Shown: positions 1 through 13,437, numbered from the whole stretch's first letter. The stretch is DNA of 63,664 nucleotides, filler included, from Globobulimina sp. (GCA_003354225.1; 46 parts of 46 records of this genome joined end to end with filler, not necessarily neighbours in it); one strand, 5' to 3'. A program made the numbers and translations. The notes: generated by a model from the sequence alone, not told the origin.

Positions 1-178
1 CGCAAATCTCTCTTCTGTTTCGAAAAAACGATCAGACAAATTTAAAAAAAGAAAAACACAAAATCGTATCACACAAAAGAAAAACGTAATTATTTGGTCA
101 GCAAACGTTGCTGAAAATTACGATGAAACATTTTTTTATAATATTACCAATTCCATCCCAGGAATTATTAAATTTAAC

Positions 179-1288
179 ATGGACAAAAATAATCAGACTC
201 ATAACTTATTTATACATTTTGACAAAACTATAATTTTACCAATGACTCTTACCCATTTGTTGCGAGCTAAACGTATTAAATTATCCGATATTAAATTATC
301 CAAATCCTATCCAAATGAATTAGACCACAAAGAACAAGAAGTCTCAATGAGTGAATTAAAGAAAATTTCATTTGCAATATCAAATTTGAATATGAATGAA
401 GTTAATTTCAATGCAATAAAAACAAGATTGGGTGAAATATTGATTGACTCTGTTAACACAAAAACGATCGGAGAAAATGATGAAAGTGCGATTGTATTAG
501 CAATTGAATTTTATGACATTGTGGATAGTACGCAAAGTACAGCCAGGATGATCTATGATTATTTATTAAATGATATGAATATCCTCGAGAATAATATATC
601 AATCATCGATGCACAAACTGCAGAACGGGATGAATTTCGTGCGTCGCAAATCGCGATAGTGAGGAAAATACAAAAACAGTTTTATTTGGCCTGCGTGTTT
701 GGTGTACCATGTTTTATCATCGCCATGTTATTCCCCCATTTAATATGGATCAATCATAATATTTTAATGTATAATCCGATTCCGGGCAACCATTCTGTCG
801 ATGTTATGGGTATTACACTGTTTCTATTAGCAACACCTGTGCAGTTTTGGATAGGACGGACATTTTATACGTCTGCGTGGAATGCGTTAAAGCATAAAAC
901 CTCAAATATGTCCACATTAATCGCTTTAGGTATGCTGTTATCAAACTGCGTGTTTTTAGATTCTTTTAATTTTTGAGTGCTCACTTAAAAAAAACATGTC
1001 TACTTTAAAAAAAAGGTACAACGGTAGCATATGCGTATTCATTCATCGCATTGGTGATTGATTTCTTCGTAAATGACGACTCCTTACATGGTGCTGCCCA
1101 TTTTTTCGAGACCTCCGCCACCGTAATCACCATTGTCTTATTAGGAAAATGGTTGCAGGCAAAGGCAAAATTTAAAACCTGTGACGCGATTGGTTTGTTA
1201 ATGGATATGCAGTCACCATTTGCCATCAAAATGGATACTGACCAACATGGCCGAATTGTAAACAACGACGGTTATGAAATCTCGACTG
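179..1288 (+). CDS. Copper-transporting P1B-type ATPase (ATP7/CCC2-like), 3'-truncated; intron 930-1015
   Basis: Splicing GT(930)..AG(1015) gives [38 protein letters not shown]...[28 protein letters not shown], the ATP7-type membrane signature. Confidence 0.88.
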
Positions 1289-1388
1289 NNNNNNNNNNNN
1301 NNNNNNNNNNNNNNNNNNNNNNNNNNNNNNNNTTAATTAATTAANNNNNNNNNNNNNNNNNNNNNNNNNNNNNNNNNNNNNNNNNNNN
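1289..1388. other. Artificial contig spacer N44-TTAATTAATTAA-N44 (first of 45 copies, one every ~1,386 bp)
   Basis: Identical 100-nt block recurs throughout; the 12-mer gives stops in all six frames; flanking contigs are 1,285-1,288 bp in decreasing order. Confidence 0.99.
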
Positions 1389-1498
1389 AAAGAAAAAATA
1401 GAGATAAATAATTTATAAAATTAAAACAAAACTAAAATTAACTTGATAGAATTCAACGAAAAACAAAAGCTAAAACCTAAATTACCCCCTTTTTTTAT

Positions 1499-2530
1499 TT
1501 ACCTCACCGTTCCATGGTCAATTGTATTAATTGTATTTCCGTCCACATTCATTTCAATTTGCTGTGGATTTTTATCACCATAAATCTCAAAATATGTCTT
1601 TTTTCTCCAACTCATAAATTTATAAACACCAAAACCAATCAACCCAAGCAACACCACACCAATCGCAACCCCACCAATACACACATACATATTATCCACT
1701 CCTTTCATCCATTCCTCATTACCTCCCTCCTCTCCCTCTACGCCTACACCATACTCATCGACCTCATACTCATCAATTCTCATTCTCGCACTCTGCGCTC
1801 CCTCAACAACATCATCAGACAAACACTCCTCATCCACAGCCACACAGCTCCCACAATCCTCACATACATCAGTGTTATACGCACATTCTGCAACACACAC
1901 TACGCCATCCCATACACAGTACATTGGGGATTCCATACTCTCACAGATCGCCTGGTTAAGCTCAATGCAATCTCGCTCCATACTGGCAATCCGCGTACAA
2001 TTTATGTTTTGTGTGGTTTCCGTTGCCCCGTTATTTTGTGTGGTTTGCGGAGTTGTTGCATTTGTGTCGCATTCAGGTACAGGGATCAGCCAAACACAAT
2101 CTTTCTTGGCTCCACCACCGCACATTCCGCCTTGCGTTCCCGCCTTACATATAATGCCCTCAACGCCGCTGAATGCATAGCCGGATATGGTTAATTTATC
2201 AGATTCATTTGGTAGACATTCGCTGCCATCTTTAAATCCAAACGAAGCATACTCTCCACACGCTACGCTGCGACAGATTTCATGTTCTTGGCCAGAGTTA
2301 CAGCCTTCAGTTTTTTCAGACTCTTCTGAGCCATAACAAACATGCGATATACTGTCAGCGACATCTTTTCTGCATTCGTGTAAGCTGGAAACCCACCACA
2401 TACATACTCGATAGTCGTTATCTATTTGCGTGATTTCAGTCTGTAAACATTTTGATTGCGTTTCGCAACCTGTGGCATATACGTATATATAACAACATTT
2501 AGTGTGGTTTCGTATGACGTATCCTTGCAC
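1499..2530 (-). CDS. Cys-rich single-pass membrane protein (3' part; a Gly-rich upstream exon is likely at ~2560-2676)
   Basis: 343-aa ORF with many Cys, a Thr-rich linker, a C-terminal hydrophobic helix (MYVCIGGVAIGVVLLGLIGFGVY) and basic stop-transfer RKK. Confidence 0.6.
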   Translation of the reverse strand: MQGYVIRNHTKCCYIYVYATGCETQSKCLQTEITQIDNDYRVCMWWVSSLHECRKDVADSISHVCYGSEESEKTEGCNSGQEHEICRSVACGEYASFGFKDGSECLPNESDKLTISGYAFSGVEGIICKAGTQGGMCGGGAKKDCVWLIPVPECDTNATTPQTTQNNGATETTQNINCTRIASMERDCIELNQAICESMESPMYCVWDGVVCVAECAYNTDVCEDCGSCVAVDEECLSDDVVEGAQSARMRIDEYEVDEYGVGVEGEEGGNEEWMKGVDNMYVCIGGVAIGVVLLGLIGFGVYKFMSWRKKTYFEIYGDKNPQQIEMNVDGNTINTIDHGTVR

Positions 2531-2776
2531 AATATATATATTATGGATGTATACGAAACTATTTAATGGCCCACCTTCTCCGTGGCCAGGTCCTCCTCCT
2601 TCCTCTCCACCTTTCCCTTTGCCATTACCATTACCTTCGCCAGATTTGGGATCTGCAGATATCGATACGATTAATANNNNNNNNNNNNNNNNNNNNNNNN
2701 NNNNNNNNNNNNNNNNNNNNTTAATTAATTAANNNNNNNNNNNNNNNNNNNNNNNNNNNNNNNNNNNNNNNNNNNN

Positions 2777-4049
2777 ATTTTAATGATTTACGGTGAGAAT
2801 CAAAGCGTGTAAAATGAAATGCAAATCTTTCTAACTCATTTTCTTGCTGCTTCTCATATATATTACATTTGTAATAAGCATGATGTTGATACCAATCACC
2901 ACCACACAACCAACAAAATTCATGACCACAGCCACCTGCACCTTTTCTGCATGTCGTATGATTGCATCCTTGATTTTTCTCAAAATGTCCATAATCTTTT
3001 GGACATCTTTTTGTTTTTGCTAAAATCCGTGCAATATTTTCTGATTCCGATGAACATTTTTGTTGCCACTTTTCTTTAATGTCGCAAGGTGACGGGACAT
3101 GTGATTCATTTTTACATTTCCGACATTTCCAACATTTCCAACAAATCCAGCAAGTCAATTGGTTATTGGATGAGAAATATATCTGATCACAGCCCGTATT
3201 ACAACATTTAACGAAGTTTTGGGTGTTATTATCCATACAATCTTGTCGAATAAAGCGTAAATACCGTTGATAATCTAACTCATGACTTTTATGCAAGAGT
3301 TGTTGCCAAATATGTGGTGCTATGCTAATATTGCATGTATTGTCAGGACACGTTAATGATACACATTGTGCATTAATGCTATTTTTTTGTAGATAGTAAA
3401 TCCAACAATTTTTACATAATAATTGATGTGTACAGTATAAAGCAAATAATTTCTTGTTTTGTTGACAGAATATACATTGGGATTTGCCAACAGACTCAAT
3501 AAACGCATCTTGTTTATCTTGATATGCTTTGTTGCATTGTTCCGGGATTCCATTTGCATTCCATTTATGTTTTAACATTAATGATAATGCCATACTCTCT
3601 GAATAACAAATAATTTGTGAGATAATTATCAACAACGAAAAGGAATAAATGGTCAACATCAACTTGGAATGTTTAATTTCTTGGACAAATTAATAATTTG
3701 TGTTTGAATAAAGTCATTGACTTCAACTATATCTCGTACATCCAAATAAAATATGAAACATAAATTGATGATAGGTGATGGCGGATGGAATGAGTGCTTG
3801 TAAATGTTATTTAAGTATCCGGATACTAATGATTCATAAGCAACATATGCATTGTTCACAGGAATTGGATGGATACAGTTCTGCGATTAATATTGGAAAA
3901 TAAGGAGTGAAACGTTTCTGGTTTGCACTTCTTATCTTGTATATTAAAAGTCACTCAACAGAATAAACATCACAACATTCAGCATCATCAGTACCCCATC
4001 CATCTATTCCATTATCGTCACTTTCAAAGTCATCAAAATCATTTTCCAT
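2777..4049 (-). CDS. Ariadne-family RBR E3 ubiquitin ligase, divergent, 3'-truncated; probable intron 3599-3663
   Basis: Acidic N-terminus (MENDFDDFESDD), LSKKLNIP..MALSLMLKHKWN, RING1, IBR (..ESHVPSPC) and RING2 (TKRCPK..EKNQGCNH.TC..CGHEFCWLC); the 5' exon structure is uncertain. Confidence 0.8.
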
Positions 4050-4164
4050 AATTAAATTATTTAGNNNNNNNNNNNNNNNNNNNNNNNNNNNNNNNNNNNN
4101 NNNNNNNNTTAATTAATTAANNNNNNNNNNNNNNNNNNNNNNNNNNNNNNNNNNNNNNNNNNNN

Positions 4165-5452
4165 TATGTTGTACATCCACCACAAAAATGCAATCAATAG
4201 CAATCTCCAAATTATATTCCAATCATTGATCGGTAACACAAACTCTTCAATCTCCGTAAAATCGGATAACAACAACACCACAGACATCACAGTTAAATTA
4301 ACAATGCCATTCACACCCAAAATAAAAAAGATATCCGCTAAAAACATATAAAAATTCTTTTTATAAAAATATTCCGATGAAATATGTTGCAAATACATAA
4401 ATAAAATGCCGTTAAACAACGGCGTTAGACCCAATATAACCAATTGTGTGATATTATACTTTTCAAACACGTAATAATTGTTCGCCAAAATCGCAAATAA
4501 ACCGACAATTAACATGGATAAACAAAACAAGTGTTGGCAATGCATCAAATTCAAGATTGAAGTCATATTCGTGAAGCAAATCACACTCAAAAAATAACAG
4601 ATGACCACCCGGGTGCAGTGAATGCTATTCTCAATATAAAATTCTTCAAAATGTATATTTATACTATTCCCAATGGACAACATCCACAAAACCGAGGCCA
4701 AACTATTGATCACAAACAAAAAAACGAACGTTCTCAGACCAATGTTTTTGAAAAAAAACCCAAACGCTCGGTGCGGTAAATCCAATTCAAAATATACACT
4801 CTGCGGAATGCGCGAAATATCGCGATTCGAAGTGACAATGATTTTATTTATATCCTTCAGCTCCGGTTTGATCTCCAACGACAAAGAAATGCCAGTCCCA
4901 TCTTCATGTTTATCCAACAACGGCCCACATTCGCTCTTTGTCTGTCTGTAAGTCTTCAACAAGTTGGAATTGGACGACGTCTGTGTGCCTTCCTTAAAAT
5001 ATGGATGTAATAATCCATTTTTATTTGTAAAAGTGTTATTGGACTGTTTGGAATGCGAGAAGTTGGTGTCATTGTCGTCGTAGCTGTCCTTATAAATGGA
5101 CGGCTGAGTGTCATGGATGTTATTGAAAGATATCTCAGATAACATTCCCAATTCTGTCAATTCGGTGGTGCTGTCCCTATGCGTATGGTTATGCGAACGA
5201 GAGGGTTTGTTATGCGTTGTGGTGGTGTCGTTTAGTAAGGAATCACCATCGTATTCATCATATTCTTCGTCATATTCATAGTCATAGGAATTGGTGGAAT
5301 TGATGTCGCTGTGCGTGGAACTTAATTTTTTCTCGCATTTATATTGAGTTTTGCACGGTTTTGTGCTGGTTTTACTGTTTGATTTCGCCCCGAATCCGAA
5401 GGTGAAATGTGGCTTGTTTTTGTTTTTGGCTTTTTTTTTATGTGTGTTGAAT
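4165..5452 (-). CDS. Multi-pass membrane protein with a long hydrophilic region (possibly DMT/EamA-like), partial at both ends
   Basis: Frame is open across the contig; about five or six hydrophobic segments in the C-terminal half. Confidence 0.5.
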
Positions 5453-5552
5453 NNNNNNNNNNNNNNNNNNNNNNNNNNNNNNNNNNNNNNNNNNNNTTAA
5501 TTAATTAANNNNNNNNNNNNNNNNNNNNNNNNNNNNNNNNNNNNNNNNNNNN

Positions 5553-6840
5553 ATACAAATCATTATCATATTTGCTGTCAATAATATTAAAAATAATGCA
5601 CCAATTACAATTAATCCTAATCCTGATATATTTATTGTATATAACAGACCATTATTAAAATGTGGTGCAACTGGGGATGATGGAGCAGGAACATTAATTG
5701 GTTCAAATCTATTTGGATCAAAAACAGCATCAAGTACGCTAACCGCATTCCCATTACGACACAAATCACACGATGTTTGACAATATAAAGAGAGGAAGAG
5801 TTTGGGGTGTTTTTGAAGAAACGATATATTGCAACCACCCAAATTTATAATTGAATGCGATTCTATATCATCTAATCATTGCAAATTAAAAAAAAAATAA
5901 TAACGAAAAAATAAAGAAAAAATAAAACAAATGTTAATTTTCATATAACGCATTACATTGCGGTATAACAACACCTTCGGGATAAATATATCCGACCCCA
6001 TCACTTGTATAAGCAAATGGATATTTATCATCCTCTCTGTCGAGCAACTGTTCCGTGCGAATATTACACACATAAAAATTATTTGGATATGGACACACGC
6101 GGTTATTTACTAACGAATTAAAAAATCCATTTGAAATCGTAGCACCACATTCAAAATCACTTAAAAATAACCTCTCCTCATTATCAATATAAATCGACGC
6201 GTCATCCATCAAATGAATGCCAATCACATCGCCAGTGGACGATATAAAATGATTCAATTCCATCGCACCATAAAACTCCACATTGCCGCCATTAATAATT
6301 GATATGCCGCGGATATCCCCTCCCATAAACCCTTCTTTTTTCAATTGATTCGGCTGTCCGCCATCATGAGGCCCATCATATTCGCCACACGCTAAGGAAG
6401 CTAATGGTGTCTCATTGTATAAATCAGCAACCCGCAAATCGGTAACAATGACATTTTCAATGCCATCCAAACGCACTCCAACTATCCCTTTAACAGAATG
6501 GAACATTGCATCTCCATTACAAGCAAACCGCGCACAATTTGGCAAGGAGTTATACTTCGAATTATTATTTTGTGTGGCCCACCGATACAAAGTCTCCTTC
6601 CCACGCCGCATAGTCTTATCTTCCGCGGTCTGAATGCCCCAATTACTCTCAAACGAATCCGAGAATATATTTAATGCGATTTGAGCATCGGACAATGGAT
6701 TCCCTGCATACACCAACTTGCGATATGAAAACCAACCGTTATTCATATAAGTCCAGTTATCATAGTTCCTATTCGCGTATAATGTGCGTCGAATGTCGAA
6801 TAAGTCGCCAAATCGACCTAAAATTGGTGTTAATGAAACA
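5553..6840 (-). CDS. Single-pass membrane protein with a beta-helix-like ectodomain, partial; intron ~5872-5959
   Basis: ORFs 5934-6746 and 5501-5842 join in frame via GT..AG (PQ|YDIESHSIINLGGC); C-terminal TM helix LIVIGALFLILLTANMIMIC. Confidence 0.55.
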
Positions 6841-7445
6841 NNNNNNNNNNNNNNNNNNNNNNNNNNNNNNNNNNNNNNNNNNNNTTAATTAATTAANNNN
6901 NNNNNNNNNNNNNNNNNNNNNNNNNNNNNNNNNNNNNNNNTAGGTTGGCGAGGAAAGGGAGATGTTAGTAGATGGGCGAGCAAAGCGAGCTTATAGTATG
7001 TTTATAGGACCTGCATAATGACTTGACCAGTATGCAGTTGTGGAAACGGTTTTTGGATACATTTCATATCTTTCTTTTCTTTTGCGTTGAAAAATGTGTT
7101 CAATCGACCAAACCCAACTGCAGCACCCACACCGTTATTGTCTGTATTAGCGACATCTAAGCATCTGTTGTGGGCACCTGTTATGCTAACCGTCTGCATA
7201 CTCATACAAACCCATACAAACGCCAAATTATACGCGTTTAAAATAAAAAAAATCCAAACCATTATACAAAATCTCAAAACCAATCCTTCCAGACCAATCT
7301 ACAGGGAAAGTATACAACAATAAATTGCAATAACCATATACCTAGGTCCAAATTATATTGCGCAATATAAGAACAACCCCTTTAACTTTTCTAACATTCG
7401 TCGCACACAAAGGATTTCTGACTTCGACTAACACTGCAAAACATC

Positions 7446-8227
7446 ATGAACCATGTCGCAGTTCTGTGGATCATTTTCATTACCATATTTTTTGAATATT
7501 GTTATTGTGTGTATCAGCCGGTCAAAACAGTTGTTTTGACCACTTCTACATCGCAACTTGATGGTGCTACGATCAATGCTATAAAAGACACAACATGTTG
7601 CACAAATAATGCATGGACCATTGCTCCAACAGATCAAACAGGATATCATATGCAAATTGATTTAAACAATGAATGGGGGTTTCGTGCCAACGGATTGTCT
7701 TCGATTACAATACAAATACATGGTACAACCACACTTAACACAGGCGATCTAGATTTAATATTATCATTCAGTGTAAATCATAATCAATATATAACAATGA
7801 TTCTGGGAATAGACCATCAACCCCCAATGTATGAAAATGACCATCAAATATATCCTCCGTGTGGCTATAATGCGGCATCTGGAGATGTTAAATCATGCGT
7901 TGACACTTCTTATTGTAACGGATATTCAGAACGTGAATGCAAAGCAACTGGAGGTTGCTCAGATAGCAGTGACTGGGACACTGAAAATAGAAACATTGAC
8001 AATTATTGGCCCTTAATCATTGTATTAGAAAATGACGCAGCTGCCGGTACATTAACTGCTATATATACAAATCCAACATGGCAGGCAACATCATTTCAAA
8101 TGCAATGTCAGTATAACACTGCATTTGCAACTGATCAAGGCTTACAAATCTATATAGGTTTGGATGACACATCAGAGCGTATCTCATTGACTTCCTTCAC
8201 TATCATATATTCTTATGATTTATCGGC
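7446..8227 (+). CDS. Secreted Cys-containing protein, 3'-truncated
   Basis: N-terminal signal peptide (MNHVAVLWIIFITIFFEYCYC); frame open to the contig end. Confidence 0.65.
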
Positions 8228-8420
8228 NNNNNNNNNNNNNNNNNNNNNNNNNNNNNNNNNNNNNNNNNNNNTTAATTAATTAANNNNNNNNNNNNNNNNN
8301 NNNNNNNNNNNNNNNNNNNNNNNNNNNGGTCACAAATAAAAAATTGGGCAATATAACAACAACTATTATATTTGATAAATTATTGCATTGTTCATTATAT
8401 AATCACAAAAACATGCTATA

Positions 8421-9614
8421 CTACAATATATCATTTTCATTTTCGTTTGGCTGCATCTCAGTGACCTCGCCATCCAATGTATGACTCAGTATATCATTTA
8501 GGTCAACATCTGTATCAATATCCGTATCACCATCACCATCCTCCTCATCACCACCAACCACAAACTCATCCCGTTTTATTTTATCAAACGTTTCACCCGT
8601 TCCATTATTATTCAATGTCGCTCCTTCTGCATCGATATCCGATACAGAATCACTAAAACGACTAATTTCATCATGATCCGCTATGACATTTCCCTGTGTT
8701 ACAATGCTTACTTTTATATCCACCAAACACTGAGCCGGTGCAATATCACTCATTTCAATGGTTTGCACCGCCTCTACCTCTGATGCAGACGAAATATGAT
8801 TCATATGGCTATGTTGAACGACAATATTATCCATGCTTTCTTGATTAAAAACACGTTTCTGTCTTCGTCTATACCCAAAATACATCGCACTTACAATACA
8901 TAGTAAACATATACTTGCACATAATCCAATAATCAGTTCCACGGATAACACAATGCTCACTTCGCCCATTGACCGTTTATCATCATCGCCATGGTGATGG
9001 ACGTCGTTATCACTGCTCGGCAATGTAGGCAACAATGTAGGTGACGGTGTTGGATAGATAGGAATATATAACATTGGCGACGGTGTTGGAATATGTGTTG
9101 GTGCAAATGTAGGAACATGGGTTGGGTCAATGGTAGGATGAATACTGGGATCAATGGTTGGCTCTGGGGATGGATAATCAGTTGGGATTAGTGTCGGTGT
9201 GCTTGGATTGTTGGTTGGGTTTGGTGTTGGAGTTCTGGTTGGAGCGGGTGTTGGCGTTATAGATGGTGCAAATGTAGGGTACATTGATGGGGTATGTGTT
9301 GGGTTTGGTGTCGGTGAGGGTGTGGGCGATGGGGTTGGGTCCTCAGTATATGGCATACCAAACACTTCTAACCCATCAAAATAGCAACTATCGCCGAGGT
9401 CTGCGCCCGTGTTTGATAGACGTATTTCGAATGAAGCTCTGTTGTTATAATCACTATTATCGGCAGGAGTGATCTCTACATTTCTGTTGGTACCAACGAA
9501 TCTGTCAGCTACAGTGACATTTATCCAGTTTACTGAATCAGATTTATAATGCAGCAAACATTCATCATCGTGACCTAAACTCTCTGTAACGTCTGTAATA
9601 TTGATTTTTTGTAC
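8421..9614 (-). CDS. Mucin-like PT-repeat type I membrane protein, 5'-truncated
   Basis: About 25 PTxx repeats, then a TM helix (LIIGLCASICLLCIVSAMYFGY-RRRQK) and an acidic tail. Confidence 0.8.
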   Translation of the reverse strand, partial: VQKINITDVTESLGHDDECLLHYKSDSVNWINVTVADRFVGTNRNVEITPADNSDYNNRASFEIRLSNTGADLGDSCYFDGLEVFGMPYTEDPTPSPTPSPTPNPTHTPSMYPTFAPSITPTPAPTRTPTPNPTNNPSTPTLIPTDYPSPEPTIDPSIHPTIDPTHVPTFAPTHIPTPSPMLYIPIYPTPSPTLLPTLPSSDNDVHHHGDDDKRSMGEVSIVLSVELIIGLCASICLLCIVSAMYFGYRRRQKRVFNQESMDNIVVQHSHMNHISSASEVEAVQTIEMSDIAPAQCLVDIKVSIVTQGNVIADHDEISRFSDSVSDIDAEGATLNNNGTGETFDKIKRDEFVVGGDEEDGDGDTDIDTDVDLNDILSHTLDGEVTEMQPNENENDIL

Positions 9615-9916
9615 NNNNNNNNNNNNNNNNNNNNNNNNNNNNNNNNNNNNNNNNNNNNTTAATTAATTAANNNNNNNNNNNNNNNNNNNNNNNNNNNNNN
9701 NNNNNNNNNNNNNNAAACTAATTAGCTTCAATATATATTAGCTATTTAAATTTCACTTATTATTAGAGTTGCGAGGTTTATTCCATCTCATTATATTATA
9801 TGTATGTACAAGTTTTAGACGACACATCCTGTAAAAAACAACAAAAACACGTTAGTCAGTTAAGTCTTGTTATACATTTTTTGGGAAACAATCAAAGAAT
9901 ATTAATATTTAATAAA

Positions 9917-11001
9917 TCAATCAAGAGTAAACTTATTCGGATCACCTAAATCTAATTTATTCGTACATAGAATAGTCTGTATTTGTCTTTTCATTTTCTC
10001 TTTTTGATCCTTAATATTTTCCTGTATCTCCGTAACTAAACGATACCGCCATCCATACCAAATCAATAACGATTCCCCTTTTTTAATCTCCTCCGTAGTC
10101 CGAACCAAAACAGCAATATATCGATTCACCAAAACATACACAAACTCACAATTTACTCTCTCCTCATCCGTACCCACTAATTCCTTCTCCTCCGAACTTA
10201 TATCTTTCCTGCCATCATTAATAAATATCAATGGACTCTGCATTTTTCCCATATCATCCGTCTCAACATATTTATCCGCCGCATCAATAATTATTTGTAC
10301 AGTTTCACCATTCAATTTCCTTTTCTTTTTTGCAGGTTCATTCAAAATATCATTTAAATTGGAAGAGGGAACGAATAAATCTTCGCCGTGAGCAAAGGTA
10401 AAGGCACGATATTCCTCCATTGTTCCATTATAAATCGAATAAAATTCTGTCTTTGTCATTTCGCGGCCACAATATTGTCCTAAAATAATCCCTGCGGCAA
10501 TATCCTTCAATGCATATGTTTCGATCTGGCCATTCAATTTTTTTTGCCATTTACAACCATTAATCCTTCGCATATTAATTATTTTATGTAATTTTTGTTT
10601 ATAAAATTCAATCCATGGATCAATATTTCCTTCTCTGTTATGCTCAAAATATTCAGTCATCACTGCAAGCTCTGATTCATTATATGCAGAATGATTATTT
10701 TTTATAATAAATCTCCCGTCGTTGAGTGCATTTTTATAGATTGGTTGGGACTGAATTGATCGTCTTACTTTATCGACTTTGGATGTTCTTTCTGTAAAAT
10801 GATCAAAATTATTTATTTTGGCCCATTCGGTCTTTTGATATGAGCACGATGGTAAATTACCGGCTAAGTCGCGAAGACATATGAGAGCAAATCGGAAATT
10901 TTCATTCTTTTGTCTTTCTGCCAAATACAATGATTTATAATCTATTTTATCATTATCATTATTATTATGTTCGTTCTTTGTTATTTTTGTTGATTCTTCT
11001 T
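9917..11001 (-). CDS. SET-domain protein, 5'-truncated
   Basis: YALKDIAAGIILGQYCG ... FIND ... NCEF ... TTEEIKKGESLLIWYG, the SET signature motifs. Confidence 0.8.
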
Positions 11002-11101
11002 NNNNNNNNNNNNNNNNNNNNNNNNNNNNNNNNNNNNNNNNNNNNTTAATTAATTAANNNNNNNNNNNNNNNNNNNNNNNNNNNNNNNNNNNNNNNNNNN
11101 N

Positions 11102-11941
11102 GGTTGCTTTGATATCATTCCAGGACTGACAGCAAAACCAATTTGGGACAACACACAATTTGATTTTGCAAATGATATATTTATAGAAAATAATGTTAAC
11201 ATTATTCAAATACAAAATGAATTAATGTCTCTGATTGAGGTATGTCATAATAATAATTAAGCATCATTGTTCAATGTTGTTTGTATTGAAATTGTGGTAC
11301 AATACTATAAGGACCAAACTGTCCAAACGGTAAGTAATGGATTTCAACCATATAAGAACGCAAATGATAAAGGCGCGAATGATAAAGGACATTGGAATGT
11401 ATTTTACTTTTTTTTGCATGATTTAATATTTACAGAGAACATGTCAAAGTTCCCCAAAACAATGGAAATTATAAATAAAATCCGAAACTATAATTACAAA
11501 CATAAATTATTTCCTCATTGTTTACTGTCGTGTTTATCTTTTGATTCCCATATTATTCCACATAACGGACCAACAAACAAGAAATTGAGGGTTTATTTGC
11601 CTTTATTGTTGGAGGAAAATTTAAATATTTTAAAAGTGGGGGATAAGAATGTTAATTTAAAGCAAGGTGAGCTTGTAATATTTGATGATTCCTTTGTTCA
11701 TGAAACATGGAATCAAAGTGAATTGAAGTCAAGATTTGTGTTGATTTTTGATATATGGCATCCTGATTTGAACGAGAAAGAAGTTGATTTTTTGGCAACA
11801 GTTCAACATGTATTTGAAAGAAATCTGTTGCAAATTGCTAAAAATAATCCAGTGATTGATGACAGCAACCCATACATTGCTATGTTAAATGTACAGCATA
11901 CTGACATTCCGCTTGATCAAATATATTCCGGTTGGAGATAG
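11102..11941 (+). CDS. Aspartyl/asparaginyl beta-hydroxylase (2OG-Fe(II)) domain protein, 5'-truncated; intron 11240-11311
   Basis: IPGLTAKPIWD...W..F...FPKT...IIPHNGPTNKKLRVYLPL...FDDSFVHETWN...RFVLIFDIWHPDL. Confidence 0.9.
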
Positions 11942-12581
11942 ATCATTAACTACAATACTGACATATAGTACATTCAAAATGGTACTAAAACTCATTACAA
12001 CTCTTTGTTTCGCTAAATCTATCATTAAGGGAATTTTCCCGTTAGTTGTTTGAATGAAAGAAGAAACCCAACACACATCTAATCTAAAAAAAACACGAAT
12101 AGTAACAAATTGTACACAATTAACAGTCCACTCACTTTTACTTTTGATCTTGGCACGCAATTCAAATACGAGAATGGACACAACTGACAACTTCAAATAC
12201 ATTTATATCGAATAATCGATGGACCATATTCATTGTATTGATTTTTATGTATTACAATATCATCGATGGTATTTATACACGATATGATCGACGCACCTTT
12301 AAAACATTGATATTGTTGATATTCATTTGTAATTATATTTATATCCCCGGTATTAGATTGAGAACTACTTTTATTTATGAATTCTTTTNNNNNNNNNNNN
12401 NNNNNNNNNNNNNNNNNNNNNNNNNNNNNNNNTTAATTAATTAANNNNNNNNNNNNNNNNNNNNNNNNNNNNNNNNNNNNNNNNNNNNAGATATATTTAT
12501 GATGATAAGAAATTAAGGTGAAAATTACTTTTAAAGTTAGAAGTATTTTTTACAGTTACAGATTGTAAGCCTAAAGATAAC

Positions 12582-12977
12582 ATGTGCCTTGAAGGATTTA
12601 TTAATCGAGATATGTATGGTACAAACTTGGCAATGGCTCAAGTTGATGATGCTGTTTTAGATAAACATGATCAATGTTCAACAAATAGCATGCAACAACT
12701 TATAACCTATGCACTTGGAACTGATGGAAGAGCAATAATTGACGGTGAGCGTCAATATTGGAATCAGAAATGGAGTATAGATTCATCGGTCAGAAAGGTT
12801 TCCATGAAATTGGAATTTTTATCCAAAGTTGATTTAGGAATACTATCATTTCGTATTGAAAATAGGAACAAAGATTTGGTAATATGCAACCATATACCTA
12901 AAAATAGCAAATATAGATTGGCCATACAAATCAAAGGATATGGAACTATCAAACTAAAACAATTTAGTGAAATATAA
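12582..12977 (+). CDS. Hypothetical protein, SPRY/B30.2-like C-terminal fragment
   Basis: 131-aa ORF ending ...GILSFRIENRNKDLVIC..IPKNSKYRLAI, resembling the end of a SPRY domain. Confidence 0.4.
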   Translation: MCLEGFINRDMYGTNLAMAQVDDAVLDKHDQCSTNSMQQLITYALGTDGRAIIDGERQYWNQKWSIDSSVRKVSMKLEFLSKVDLGILSFRIENRNKDLVICNHIPKNSKYRLAIQIKGYGTIKLKQFSEI

Positions 12978-13338
12978 TCTAATTCTTTTCAGCATTTTGG
13001 TCCTGTAATTTTTGATATTTTGATGTTTTGTTAAGTAGCTGCCTTCCAATAGGGGAATAAGTCATGATACAGTAAAGCCTTATCATAAGTTTATAACCAA
13101 CCAACATTTGAAAACTCTGCATTTCGAAGCATTCATCTGTAATTCTGTATACATTATGTATTTTATTTTTTTTCCCATGAGAACATTGATTGGTGATTGT
13201 TTGTTTAAGTGCTGTTGATGCGATACTGGGAAATTGTTTAGGTAGAATGAAGTTTATTCTTTGGTTTTTTTCTAAAATGTTCTTTATGACCCACAGCTAC
13301 AACTGCAGGAGCCAAGACCTGATTTGAGAAATTTGAGT

Positions 13339-13437
13339 CACAACTATTGAGCTAATTTTCATTGTGGTGATCGGACTTGAACTTTTGGAGTTGATTGCTC
13401 TCCACAATAAATCAGCTCAATAGTTGTGTCTGCAGTG
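13339..13437. repeat. Small palindromic (MITE-like) element, copy 1
   Basis: Arms cacaactattgagct / agctcaatagttgtg are exact reverse complements; similar to 43540-43642. Confidence 0.8.

Noticed and set aside
1514..2194. 226-aa plus-strand ORF, and similar antisense ORFs elsewhere
   Set aside because: Shadow frames of better-supported genes on the opposite strand
6941..7000. gcgagcaaagcgagc...tatagt as a Helitron 3' end
   Set aside because: No clear hairpin or CTRR terminus; too little sequence to support it
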